A stretch of 62,998 bases of DNA, filler included, from 7 parts of 7 records of this genome joined end to end with filler, not necessarily neighbours in it, one strand, 5' to 3'. Shown: positions 19,391 to 28,786, numbered from the whole stretch's first letter. Program-made: numbers and translations. Notes: a model not told the origin generated them from the letters alone.

Positions 19391-19780
19391 GTGTTGAGTG
19401 GCAGGCCTGGGCTATCGAAAGCCGAAACGGAAGTGGCGAGAGTGCTGTGGGAGATCGGCCCAGCCAGCGTTCGCGACGTGCATGAGCGTTTGATCCAATC
19501 CAAAGCGATCGAGCTGTCCACGGTCCAGACGTATCTTCGGCGTCTGGAAAATAAGGGGTACGCCAACAGCCGACTCGAGGGGCGTGCCCGAATCTACTCC
19601 GCCAAGACTCGACCTCGCACTGTGATCCGGCAGACCGTTGATGATCTTGTCGATCGCCTGTTTGGTGGTGAAGCAATGCCGCTGGTCAAGCATTTGATCG
19701 AGGATCGTGGCATGGAGGCAGAAGACCTAAAAGCCCTTCGTGAGTTGATTGATCGACTCGAAAATGCGGAGGACGAATGA
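19391..19780 (+). CDS. BlaI/MecI/CopY family repressor
   Basis: LSKAETEVARVLW, STVQTYLRRLENKG, DRLFGG. Confidence 0.92.
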   Translation: MLSGRPGLSKAETEVARVLWEIGPASVRDVHERLIQSKAIELSTVQTYLRRLENKGYANSRLEGRARIYSAKTRPRTVIRQTVDDLVDRLFGGEAMPLVKHLIEDRGMEAEDLKALRELIDRLENAEDE

Positions 19781-22731
19781 TGAACTGGAATGCATTGGTT
19801 CTCGATTCCGATTGGTCAACGCTGCTGCTACGCCAGGTGACTCAAATCACGGTGCTCATCGTTGTTGCAGGACTGGCGACGCGATTCTGCCTCAGCAATC
19901 GGCCCAGAATGGCTCACACTCTTTGGGCGTTGGTGCTGATTAAGTGCTTGACGCCGCCGATTGTGGCCCTCCCGATCAGTCCCTTTAGCTGGCACGCTTC
20001 GTCCAAAAGTGATCCCACAAAATCTGCGGTGAACGCGAAGTCAACCAACGTCCAACGCGCGTTGCCTGAGGAGCGCTCACGTGGGTCGGTTGGGCCAGAA
20101 TCGGAAACGCAAGCAAGGCCTCTTTTGGCAGGCAGTGGCTTCGAGATTGCTGCACCGGTGGATGCGAGCGTTCTTTACCCGGAGGTGATTAAGCCCCAGC
20201 GGGGTGTGAATTCTGATGCGGAACCTGTGGCGTCGACGTGGTCGGTCACCGGTCTTGCGGTCACTGCGTGGCTTGCGGGCGGAGTCGCGGCTTTGGTTGT
20301 CGTCACCCTGCGGCTGATGATGTTTTTGCGTCGGGTGCGCCGCGATCGAGTGCAGCCGTGCGGTAGCACCCTTCGTTTGCTGAGCGACACGGCCACTGGC
20401 ATGCAATTGTCTAGCAAACGGACCCAGCGCGTTCGCATTGACGTCGTGGACAGCTTGATCGGCCCAGCCGTGATTGGCATCTGGCGCCCGACGATTCTCT
20501 TGCCTCGTGTGTTGGAGCAAGAATCTTCACCGGCCGAGTTGCGGATGTTGTTGGCTCACGAACTGGTGCACATTCAACGATCGGATCTGCGCTGGGCGCT
20601 GATAAAGACGGTAGTTGGCTGTCTCTGGTGGTTTCACCCCTTGATGTGGAAAGTTCAGAGAACATTTAGTCGCATCACGGAATTGAGCTGCGACGAAGAA
20701 GTCATCGAACGTTTAAAGTGCAAGCCGTCCGAGTACGCGCGGGCGCTGTTGATGGTATTGGAACGAAAGCACCAGTTGCGTGTGGCTCCGGCGTTGCCGG
20801 GCGTGCGGCCGGTGGACATAACTTCTGAAAGGATGGAGCGAGTGATGAAGTTTGATCGAAAGCAGGTGACGCGGCCGTGGAAGATCGCGCTCTTTTGGCT
20901 CGTTGGTGTGGCTCTGGTTCTGCCCGGAGCGGGCTGGGTTGCCGCGGGTGACAACGTGGACGATGACAAACCGGACAGCCGTCACCGAGGTGTTTCACCG
21001 CCCCAAGCGGTCGCTGATGCTTGGGTGAAGAACACAAACCCAGAAGCCGTCAACAAGTTCAAGCCTGATGTTGTCGCCGTCGCCGGTGAAGCAACGGTCC
21101 GGCGATACTCCGCCTCGCAGGCAATCGCGAAGATTCGCGCAGAGGATCAAATCAGCGAGGAGCAAGCTGCAACAATCCTCAATGCCAGCCTGGATTCACT
21201 GGCAGGAGAACGTAGCGGAGTGATTGTTACAGGCGACCAGGTTGTCGTTCGTGCGCGCGAAGACGTTCACGGCAAGATTGCAGCGGAGCTAGAGCGAATC
21301 GCCTTGTTCGGTTTTGCAAAGCAGGTGGTGATTGCGACTCGCGTGTGCAAGATGCCGAAAGCTGACTTCGACGAGCTTGACGTTGATTGGAAGTTGGTGC
21401 GGAACGAACAAAAACAGCAACCCGTCGTTGCATCTCTGTTGTCGCCAGCACGAATGGACGCCGCGATCAGGTTTCTGCAGCGAAACGAGCCATCGGGCAT
21501 CGTAATGGCCCCGAAAGTGACGACCTTCAACGGTCGCCGAGCAGATGTTGAAGCACGTACACAGCGTCCGTTTTGTGTCACAGGTGAACCGAGTGGCGAT
21601 AGCAACAGTTCTGGGATTCGCATTGATCGAATTGGGCGAATCGAGAAAGAAGGGTTCGCGCTATCTGTGTTACCGTTGCACGCAGGCGATGAAACGCAAT
21701 TGGATGTTGCGGTCTCGCTTTCAAAGATTGCTGATGTCAGCAAATTTACGTTTCGAACAAACAGTAACCGGAATGTGACGGTTGAAGTGCCTGACGTTAT
21801 CGAGCAGGCGGTCGAGGTATCGATGGCTATTCCTAGCGGCCAGACACTTGCTCTGGGAATGCCCAGCGTTGAAGTTCCGGGTGAAGTTCTTGTATTCCTG
21901 ATTTCCGCGGAGGCGATATTGGAGAATCAAGTTCGCCCAGCGGTTCAGGCTTCGGGTGTGAGTCTTCCGCGGGAAAGTTTGGTGGAACCGGTTGTTTTTC
22001 AGTCGACCGGTGGGAAGCCGCTTCCCAAAGCGCAGCCCTCGCCTGCCGTGAAACCTGACGAATCGGACTCGCTCGCAACATGGTTAATGAAGGCCGATGG
22101 CGGAGCGACTCCAAATGATACGAATAGGCGGGTTGATCAGTTGTTGGTGCCGTTCGGGGCCAAAGCGCGAATGGAAGGCGATTGGATCGTTCAGCGTGAT
22201 GGTGACCAAACGCGACTCAGCGGTAGAAACCTCTCCATCTCTCCGCTCACTGACATTGACGAGGGAGTCGTGCTGCGATGTGCCGAAGGCAGTTTGTTGA
22301 TCGATCCTGCCGGGGCTTCCATCGTCTGCGAAGCGGCCTCTGATGCCCAGTGGTTTGTTTCTATTGACGACGACGGTCTCCGTCTCTCGGCAGCACGTAT
22401 CGCTCTGGGGCCAGACGACGGCGGCATTCAGGCTACGGGAGAACCAGCCAAAGTAGAGATCGCGCACGATGACGTTGGCGAAATTGCGGGACAGGCAAAG
22501 CAAGTCTCCTACGGCAGCAATGGTCTCGAGCTCGTTGGCAATGTTCAGTTTTCTTTCTCGAACAAGAGTTTGAAAGCAGAGCGGGTGGAGTTCAAAGGAG
22601 ATGAAACCCTAGAAATGCTGCTTCGAGGCAATGTGCACATGACGAGCAACGACGACAGCAACCCAACCGAAGTCCGTTGCGAAGAATTGCAGTTCAATCT
22701 TTCAACGGGCCAGATTCAGTTCGTTGAATAG
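19777..22731 (+). CDS. BlaR1-type M56 peptidase with secretin-like and LptA/OstA-like C-terminal regions
   Basis: LAHELVHIQRSD, WWFHPL, ELSCDE; APKVTTFNG segment; C-terminal KAERVEF..LRGNVHM..EELQFNL beta repeats. Confidence 0.8.
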   Translation: MMNWNALVLDSDWSTLLLRQVTQITVLIVVAGLATRFCLSNRPRMAHTLWALVLIKCLTPPIVALPISPFSWHASSKSDPTKSAVNAKSTNVQRALPEERSRGSVGPESETQARPLLAGSGFEIAAPVDASVLYPEVIKPQRGVNSDAEPVASTWSVTGLAVTAWLAGGVAALVVVTLRLMMFLRRVRRDRVQPCGSTLRLLSDTATGMQLSSKRTQRVRIDVVDSLIGPAVIGIWRPTILLPRVLEQESSPAELRMLLAHELVHIQRSDLRWALIKTVVGCLWWFHPLMWKVQRTFSRITELSCDEEVIERLKCKPSEYARALLMVLERKHQLRVAPALPGVRPVDITSERMERVMKFDRKQVTRPWKIALFWLVGVALVLPGAGWVAAGDNVDDDKPDSRHRGVSPPQAVADAWVKNTNPEAVNKFKPDVVAVAGEATVRRYSASQAIAKIRAEDQISEEQAATILNASLDSLAGERSGVIVTGDQVVVRAREDVHGKIAAELERIALFGFAKQVVIATRVCKMPKADFDELDVDWKLVRNEQKQQPVVASLLSPARMDAAIRFLQRNEPSGIVMAPKVTTFNGRRADVEARTQRPFCVTGEPSGDSNSSGIRIDRIGRIEKEGFALSVLPLHAGDETQLDVAVSLSKIADVSKFTFRTNSNRNVTVEVPDVIEQAVEVSMAIPSGQTLALGMPSVEVPGEVLVFLISAEAILENQVRPAVQASGVSLPRESLVEPVVFQSTGGKPLPKAQPSPAVKPDESDSLATWLMKADGGATPNDTNRRVDQLLVPFGAKARMEGDWIVQRDGDQTRLSGRNLSISPLTDIDEGVVLRCAEGSLLIDPAGASIVCEAASDAQWFVSIDDDGLRLSAARIALGPDDGGIQATGEPAKVEIAHDDVGEIAGQAKQVSYGSNGLELVGNVQFSFSNKSLKAERVEFKGDETLEMLLRGNVHMTSNDDSNPTEVRCEELQFNLSTGQIQFVE

Positions 22732-22747
22732 CTCTGCGCTCTCGCCA

Positions 22748-22770
22748 GTAGTGCAGGCAGCCTGCCTGCA
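22748..22770 (+). repeat. GTAG-type REP palindrome
   Basis: GTAG followed by TGCAGGCAG-C-CTGCCTGCA, nested within CTCGCC/GGCGAG. Confidence 0.6.
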
Positions 22771-22817
22771 TCCGGCGAGCGGGCTTCTCCTCAACCGGCG
22801 CAGCCCCCTCCCGCTCG

Positions 22818-22917
22818 NNNNNNNNNNNNNNNNNNNNNNNNNNNNNNNNNNNNNNNNNNNNTTAATTAATTAANNNNNNNNNNNNNNNNNNNNNNNNNNN
22901 NNNNNNNNNNNNNNNNN
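22818..22917. other. Artificial contig linker
   Basis: N44-TTAATTAATTAA-N44. Confidence 0.98.
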
Positions 22918-22939
22918 AGTGTTGCGCTGACCAGTTGAA

Positions 22940-23194
22940 TCCGCCTGTCCAAAGAGAAAGGAAGCAAAGACAATGCGCTTTCTACATTGAGCGCCGCTCG
23001 TCGGCGACCCGAAGGGCGAGGCATGCAATGCTGAGTAAAAATGGCACCCCGCATCACTGTCGTCGGCTGTCGCCGCCGATCCCCTGCGCGCGGCACAACC
23101 AACACGGGCGCTGCGGAACTCGCTGCGCTCAAACAGTCCTCGCGCAATTCCCGTGCTGCCTGCACCGTGCTCGGCAGCGCTGAGGGGGAAAGGG
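22940..23194 (-). repeat. Structured non-coding (MITE/REP-like) element at the distal end of the cassette array
   Basis: Long stem GCACGGTGCAGGCAGCACGGG/CCCGTGTTGGTTGTGCCGCGC enclosing CGAGGACTGTTTGAGCGCAGCGAGTTCCGCAG, additional hairpins, no credible ORF. Confidence 0.5.
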
Positions 23195-23292
23195 GTTAGG
23201 CAGTAAACGGGAATTAAGACTCTGACTTTTTTGATCACTTAACGCCTATGCTAAAGCCATCTTGAAGCGACAGCCAGGAAACAACCCAACGG

Positions 23293-25107
23293 TCATGACT
23301 GCTCCTGCGGTTCTTGAAAAATCCGAATGGTCGTTTCCAGCCACTCAAAGACAGGTCGAAAAGCATCGCAATCTTCTAACGTCGCATTTGTCAGGAAGTA
23401 CTCTGCAAACGGCACTTTCGATTGTTCCTCTACCTTTTGGACCAAGTATCGGTCACTGTCCTCAAGATGCTTAGCCAACTCATCCGAGATGTTCACCGGA
23501 ACATCAAAATTCGCGTTCTTGGCTATTGTCGTTTCATCTTGGAACGAGATTTTGTCATTAGCGACAGCTGCGGCGATAAAGTCTTTCGAGACAAGCGTTT
23601 CTATTGTCACAGGAAGCGGTGAGTTCTGATTGACCCCCTTTTCTTTGAGCCTAGCCTCAGCCACATGAACCCACGCTGGTCTGGGCAAAAAACCCAAATA
23701 AATACCTCGCACGCGATCTACAACTTTCAGCGTTGTGTTTGCGAGTGACCGATAGGAGCCTTGTTTTTTGGCATTGAAGCAACTTCTACCTTCACTGTCA
23801 TCATCTAGAAGCCCCATTATAGGAAACGGATACTCCCTTCCCAGATCTGCTACTCCAAGCACGAATGAAACAACTTTCTTGGCACATGCCGCCGAGATGA
23901 ACTCACAGATCGGCTGCTGATCAGGATAAAGAAGTTCGTATACACGGCTCAGAATTGTCACATCCGTGGGGCCTTCCACTATCACCTGCGGCATTTCCGC
24001 ATTCTGCAAGCGGTCTTTCAGCTCTTGCGCTGAACTCTGCAGCTGTTCAATTTGCTCGTGTAAGTGTTTGGCCCGCTCCGATATCAAAGCCGCAACACCT
24101 ACTGATTTATCAAAATCGGCAATAGACTCCAAAGGCAATGCAACGGTAGCGTTCCCCTCAAATTCGTGACCATCGCAGCTGCGAACCAGCCATTTTCGTA
24201 CGTTGTCTTGGTCCAACGAATAAAAGGCAGGAGAGTGTGTCGAGAGAAATATTTGATTGTTCAGCGCAAAGTCCGACTGGAACTGATCGGCAAGATCAAA
24301 AGCCCTACCCATTTCCAGAGAATTTTCCGGTTCTTCGTAGCCCCAAATGTGATTCTTTCTCGACTGCGATGCGACGAAACTCAGAATGAACGGGATGTGC
24401 CTAGCTTGAATCCCATCGCCACGTTTCTTAAGTGGAACTTCATGATGAGAAAATTTAGTAGTGAAATCCAAAGCTGTGAACAAGTTCGTTAGATCGCGGG
24501 GCATGCCAATAGAACTCTGAAATCCCAGCCGTGCCTCTATATCTTGGGCCATGTCTGAGGTGCTTTGATTGATCCGAGCAACCAATCCTGTGGACGCTTC
24601 GGAAATCCCTGCTTTTTCATCATCGATCAATGCATCATGAAGCATCGTTAGATAATGCGTAAAAATATCTCGGCCTCGGACGGCGGGCACATAATGAAAA
24701 GCAATTTTTGATAGGAACCGACCGAGTGTTGTGTTCGGGATCGATTTGTTGCCAACTACCACGGTTTCAGGCTGCTCTGAATATCGCGTCCATGTCCTTT
24801 TTACAACAAACCGCTTTGGCAAAGTCCGCCAGTTTTCATAATTTAGAAATGTGACTTTTATCCAGATCGTCGTTTTGCCCTTAGCAGCGCGCGCCTCCTC
24901 CTCCCGTGAGCGCGACAAATCCTCTAAAAACTCAACCGGACACTTCAGTTCTGTTTCGTTGTTAAAAAACAGATTGAGCGCTTTCAGCACATTCGACTTA
25001 CCAGCATCATTTTGCCCGATAAGGATGTTTACATCCTCACACTTGGCCAAAGACAACGAGTAGACCGAGCGAAAATAACTAACTTCAACCTTTTCAATAA
25101 TTTTCAT
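23293..25107 (-). CDS. OLD-family ATP-dependent nuclease (ABC ATPase + TOPRIM), gene cassette
   Basis: Walker A GQNDAGKS, YEEPENSL, STHSP, TOPRIM VIVEGPTD and LDDD; likely start MKIIEK at 25107. Confidence 0.82.
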   Translation of the reverse strand: MKIIEKVEVSYFRSVYSLSLAKCEDVNILIGQNDAGKSNVLKALNLFFNNETELKCPVEFLEDLSRSREEEARAAKGKTTIWIKVTFLNYENWRTLPKRFVVKRTWTRYSEQPETVVVGNKSIPNTTLGRFLSKIAFHYVPAVRGRDIFTHYLTMLHDALIDDEKAGISEASTGLVARINQSTSDMAQDIEARLGFQSSIGMPRDLTNLFTALDFTTKFSHHEVPLKKRGDGIQARHIPFILSFVASQSRKNHIWGYEEPENSLEMGRAFDLADQFQSDFALNNQIFLSTHSPAFYSLDQDNVRKWLVRSCDGHEFEGNATVALPLESIADFDKSVGVAALISERAKHLHEQIEQLQSSAQELKDRLQNAEMPQVIVEGPTDVTILSRVYELLYPDQQPICEFISAACAKKVVSFVLGVADLGREYPFPIMGLLDDDSEGRSCFNAKKQGSYRSLANTTLKVVDRVRGIYLGFLPRPAWVHVAEARLKEKGVNQNSPLPVTIETLVSKDFIAAAVANDKISFQDETTIAKNANFDVPVNISDELAKHLEDSDRYLVQKVEEQSKVPFAEYFLTNATLEDCDAFRPVFEWLETTIRIFQEPQEQS

Positions 25108-25205
25108 CTCTGCCCCGCACCACATTTGATCTTATTGTGTGTCTAGCTTGCTCGACCTATCCATAAACTGGCAAGCATCTTCCAGCGGCACTCTTCTTAC
25201 ATGCC

Positions 25206-25293
25206 GCCCAACGCCTGCCTTCAGCCGCCCGCTTGGAGCGAATGACCGAAGGGAAGTAGCGGAAAGCAGGTCGGCTGCAAGGCATTGTTGTAC
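25206..25293 (-). mobile_element. Integron attC site (88 bp)
   Basis: GTACAAC-AATGCCTTGCAGCCG...CGGCTGAAGGCAGGC-GTTGGGC; L-box with an extrahelical base; lies 7 nt after the stop codon. Confidence 0.92.
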
Positions 25294-25300
25294 CGCACAT

Positions 25301-27184
25301 TTACTGCCCCATGGTGGAGTTTAATGCTAGGAACAGTTTTTCAAAGTTCTCAAGAGTCGTGTTTGTAAAAGTGAAGTCTGCTGCGTTTCGCAATAGAGTT
25401 TCTGCGACCTTGCCATGATCGTACTTACTCCCCAAGTGCGCCTCGATTCTCTTAACAATCCTATCTCCTTGAGGAAGGTCAGAAAGTTTCACTGAACTGC
25501 CAAAAGTTTTGTTGTAGAGCTTCAAATAATCACCTTCACTAAACAAATCCTCAAGGTCAGCGTGTTGAGATGGAGTAGCAACGTTTGCCAGAATCAAACG
25601 GCTTGCTTTAAGCAAGCCGGCATTGGCCATGTTGGTAACCCGCTGCATGCCTTTAGTGTCTGAGTCAGCAAGAACAGTAATATCGAGGTGAGGGCCAATT
25701 AAGCTGACGAATGTCGGAATGTTGGTCGCACCGCCCGCAGGAAGCAGTCGCCAATTTTCATTTAGGCCAGTCTTATCATCTGCACTGCAGCAGGAACTTA
25801 AGATTGTTAGATAAATGAAATCCGATGTTCCTTCTACTACAAGGTTGTTCTCGCCAACGAATAGGTTTTGAGCGATGTCGTAACCCAAAGCCGCTTGAAG
25901 AGGGAATAGACTGTCAGGATCGGAAATCAATACATCTTCTGATGCCACTGCGCCCTCAGGCGGTCCCTTGTCCTCCACTATTCTGACTCGATCGAGATTA
26001 CCCGCCTCAACCATGAACGGGGAATGAGTGGTGTAGATAACTGTTGATTCTTCGGCGAGACGTTCGTTTATAAAGCGAAGAAAGTCCGCCTGAGCTTTTC
26101 CATGCAGTGTGAGAGCAGGCTCATCTAAGAGCACAATCGGATTGGCGCGGTTATCAAACTCAGAAAAAGCAGCCAAGAATGAGAAAAACCACTGAAACCC
26201 CGATGAACGCTGCGAAAAATTATTGGAATATCCGGTGCGTTTGTCTCTTAGCCGAATATCGAGGAAACGCGCGACAGCCGTTGTGTTATTCGCGTTTTTT
26301 ACAGTCTCTTTGTCAACGTCGATAAGAACTTCGAGATGCGGATTCTGTTTCCAATATTCGAATACCTGATTGGTAAGGTCAATTTGTACTGCTTCAAGCT
26401 CACCTTTTCGCAATTCATAGTCATCGTTTTCAAGCTGATCCAGCTCAGTTCCTGCCAACTCTAAGAGCGCTCTTGCAGTTTGCAAGCCACTTGTAGCTGG
26501 CCCATGATCTTCCGTGGAGCTCAGCTCCCTAAAATCAATTCTGCCGGGAAGAGTGCTATATGCAGTGAATCTGAAAAACGACGGCAAACGGGAAATGAGG
26601 AGCTTATTTACGGCTAACCATGCTGTTTCGTCATTCAAGCCTCTAGCTTGGACTAGCTCCAATGCAGAATTTGCAACTTCTTGCGTTCCTTCCTCGGTTT
26701 TTTTGGCGTTTAAAGCCTCGACAAGCGCTGCCAAAGATTCGAGATTGGCTAATTCTGAAAGTGCTGGATCGAACTCTCCACAGAGATTTTTTACTAGCTG
26801 AGGCTCATCGCAATTTAGCCCCCAGGTTCTTTTTCCAGAGTAATTTTTCGATACCTCGAAACTCTCAGAAGACAATACGCCTTCTCCTACGAGGGAATTG
26901 ACTGCTTCTAAGTCATCGTGTTCTAGAGACACTCTCACTTGGATGGGCGTTGCATCTTCTAATTTGCCTTTCCTGCGATCAGCAACAACTAACCAGCGTG
27001 GGTAGTGTTCTTCGACATTAAACCCCTCATCGTAAGCCGGGTTAAAGTAATAAAGGGCTTCTAGAAGCCCAGATTTACCTGCTTCATTTTTACCTACGAG
27101 GCAGGTGACAAGATCGTCTACGCGCACCCACCCAGAATCTACGATATTTCTAAATTTTTGAACTCTGAATGACTCAAGCTTCAT
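25301..27184 (-). CDS. OLD-family ATP-dependent nuclease (ABC ATPase + TOPRIM), gene cassette
   Basis: GKNEAGKS, RSSG, VLLDEP, TTHSP, TOPRIM LVVEGTSD and ADSD, DLEDLF. Confidence 0.88.
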   Translation of the reverse strand: MKLESFRVQKFRNIVDSGWVRVDDLVTCLVGKNEAGKSGLLEALYYFNPAYDEGFNVEEHYPRWLVVADRRKGKLEDATPIQVRVSLEHDDLEAVNSLVGEGVLSSESFEVSKNYSGKRTWGLNCDEPQLVKNLCGEFDPALSELANLESLAALVEALNAKKTEEGTQEVANSALELVQARGLNDETAWLAVNKLLISRLPSFFRFTAYSTLPGRIDFRELSSTEDHGPATSGLQTARALLELAGTELDQLENDDYELRKGELEAVQIDLTNQVFEYWKQNPHLEVLIDVDKETVKNANNTTAVARFLDIRLRDKRTGYSNNFSQRSSGFQWFFSFLAAFSEFDNRANPIVLLDEPALTLHGKAQADFLRFINERLAEESTVIYTTHSPFMVEAGNLDRVRIVEDKGPPEGAVASEDVLISDPDSLFPLQAALGYDIAQNLFVGENNLVVEGTSDFIYLTILSSCCSADDKTGLNENWRLLPAGGATNIPTFVSLIGPHLDITVLADSDTKGMQRVTNMANAGLLKASRLILANVATPSQHADLEDLFSEGDYLKLYNKTFGSSVKLSDLPQGDRIVKRIEAHLGSKYDHGKVAETLLRNAADFTFTNTTLENFEKLFLALNSTMGQ

Positions 27185-27230
27185 TGTTCTTCCTTTTCGT
27201 TTGAGTGTGGGTCAATACTTCGGCTGTGCG

Positions 27231-27314
27231 GTACAACGCCTCAATAAGAGGCGCGCGCATTTTGCGCGTCCTGCCCGCGGGTTTCAGCGGGCGAACTTGA
27301 TTGATTTGTTATGC
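27231..27314 (-). mobile_element. Integron attC site (84 bp)
   Basis: GCATAAC-AAATCAATCAAG...CTTATTGAGGC-GTTGTAC with internal stems. Confidence 0.9.
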
Positions 27315-28131
27315 GTTTCTTAGTCTTCTCTCCATAGCGAGTATTAGCAATCGTCACATGATAGAAATCATTTGATAGTGACATAGTAACAGGGCCATCT
27401 TCAGTAAAAACACCCAAAAATTTTCCAGTTTTTAGGATAAGGCGGCCACTGATAGTATTTGGCGCATCATAAGAAACTATGTGTTTACCCGAGAACTCTA
27501 TACAGTTACTCCAATAATCATTTTCATTTCCGCAAAGGTTTTCCTTGTAATACTCAATTCTTGACTCTGCGACACTTTTACCGTGCTCAATTCCAATCAT
27601 AGGAAAATAGACCCAGATTATTAAAAAAATAGGGATAAAAAATAGAACAATTAAGGAAAAGTATGACGCAATAAATGCCATCAAAGATTGCTCTTTAAGA
27701 ATTAGCCATCGCAGCGGTACATAGAGAACATAAAACATCACCTTATGATTTTCTCGAAATTTATATATTTTCTTATATAGCTTTATGTTGTGCTTTCTGG
27801 GTGCCAAGTTAAGAGGCTTTTTGCTTTGATTAGATGACTCCATCCAAATTCTTGAAAGAAGGTAAACGCTTGATAAAAACGTAAGCAACAATGGCAGCTT
27901 GAATTTTGTAATCGCTTCTATAGAAGACGCTCCCAGCTCCCTGCTTGCAGAGTAAGTCCAGAATAGAACATCGGAGCTTGGCAAAGGAAAGAATCCATAT
28001 TCAAAACCAAACCGATCTATGTAACCCTCATAATACGCAAGTCCATGTATATATAGAGCATTTCCTATTAGCCCTGAGCCTATCACTACCAGCATAAAGC
28101 GCTTAAGTAGCCTAAGTATTGTATCTTCCAT
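27241..28131 (-). CDS. Hypothetical multi-pass membrane protein, gene cassette (AT-rich)
   Basis: Start MEDTIL just after the attC core site; about three hydrophobic segments; reads through its attC. Confidence 0.7.
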   Translation of the reverse strand: MEDTILRLLKRFMLVVIGSGLIGNALYIHGLAYYEGYIDRFGFEYGFFPLPSSDVLFWTYSASRELGASSIEAITKFKLPLLLTFLSSVYLLSRIWMESSNQSKKPLNLAPRKHNIKLYKKIYKFRENHKVMFYVLYVPLRWLILKEQSLMAFIASYFSLIVLFFIPIFLIIWVYFPMIGIEHGKSVAESRIEYYKENLCGNENDYWSNCIEFSGKHIVSYDAPNTISGRLILKTGKFLGVFTEDGPVTMSLSNDFYHVTIANTRYGEKTKKRITNQSSSPAETRGQDAQNARASY

Positions 28132-28151
28132 AATTCTGCCAGTATGATTAC

Positions 28152-28250
28152 GTATAACGCCGCAGTTCAGGTGCGTTTGAGGCGGTGCCTGCTTTTGCGG
28201 CAGCAAAAGTGGACAACGGGTCAAACGTCACCTGCAACAGCTTGTTAGAA
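28152..28250 (-). mobile_element. Integron attC site (99 bp)
   Basis: TTCTAAC-AAGCTGTTGCAGGTGACGTTTGA...TCAAACGCACCTGAACTGCGGC-GTTATAC. Confidence 0.93.
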
Positions 28251-28724
28251 CGGCAAGCCCCAAAGGCTCTCAACAAGCCAAGCTTTGATATAGCGGTGGG
28301 AAGCCGCGCACTCGCTACCAACGAATGATTGGAACCAAGCCAAACGACAGCACCTAGCTTCCGAGCACGTACACCCAAGCTTGGTAGAACAGCCCAACCA
28401 AACATCTCCTCTCCCCTTTCTGATGGCGCCCGTTTCAAATGCTGAATGTGCCATCTGACGCGACAACTCTGCACAGCTTTTCTAGCTGCGGAAAATAAGC
28501 TTAACGGAGGGACTTACCCACGCCAACGAGCCTTCCGACCTTTCCCAACAACAATCGCTTGCGTTCCCCAAAATCCAAACGAAGCATTCCCTTGTTCTCA
28601 GCTTAAACGAAACCACGGCTTTTCGAACTGGCAGCAACTGAACAACGAAAGGGCCAGGGGCGTGAAGATGTGATGGCCTAAGTTCTTGGCATCAGCGCCA
28701 ACACACAATAATTATTCGCTTGCC
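28251..28724 (-). other. ORF-less integron cassette body
   Basis: Bounded by GTTAGAAGGCAAGC and GCTTGCCGTTCTAAC; no credible ORF filling it. Confidence 0.7.
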
Positions 28725-28786
28725 TTCTAACAGCCTGTTTATGACGCCTTCGGCCTCATAATAAATATTATCGGGCGGCCATCTAT
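28725..28786 (-). mobile_element. Putative attI site
   Basis: Core GTTAGAA preceded by AT-rich GATAATATTTATTATGAGGCCGAAGGCGTCATAAACAGGCT with no attC-type L' arm; the contig ends before any integrase. Confidence 0.5.

Noticed and set aside
23293-27184. Calling the OLD pair a Gabija or retron system
   Set aside because: No UvrD-like GajB or reverse transcriptase is present, and an attC separates the two genes into independent cassettes.
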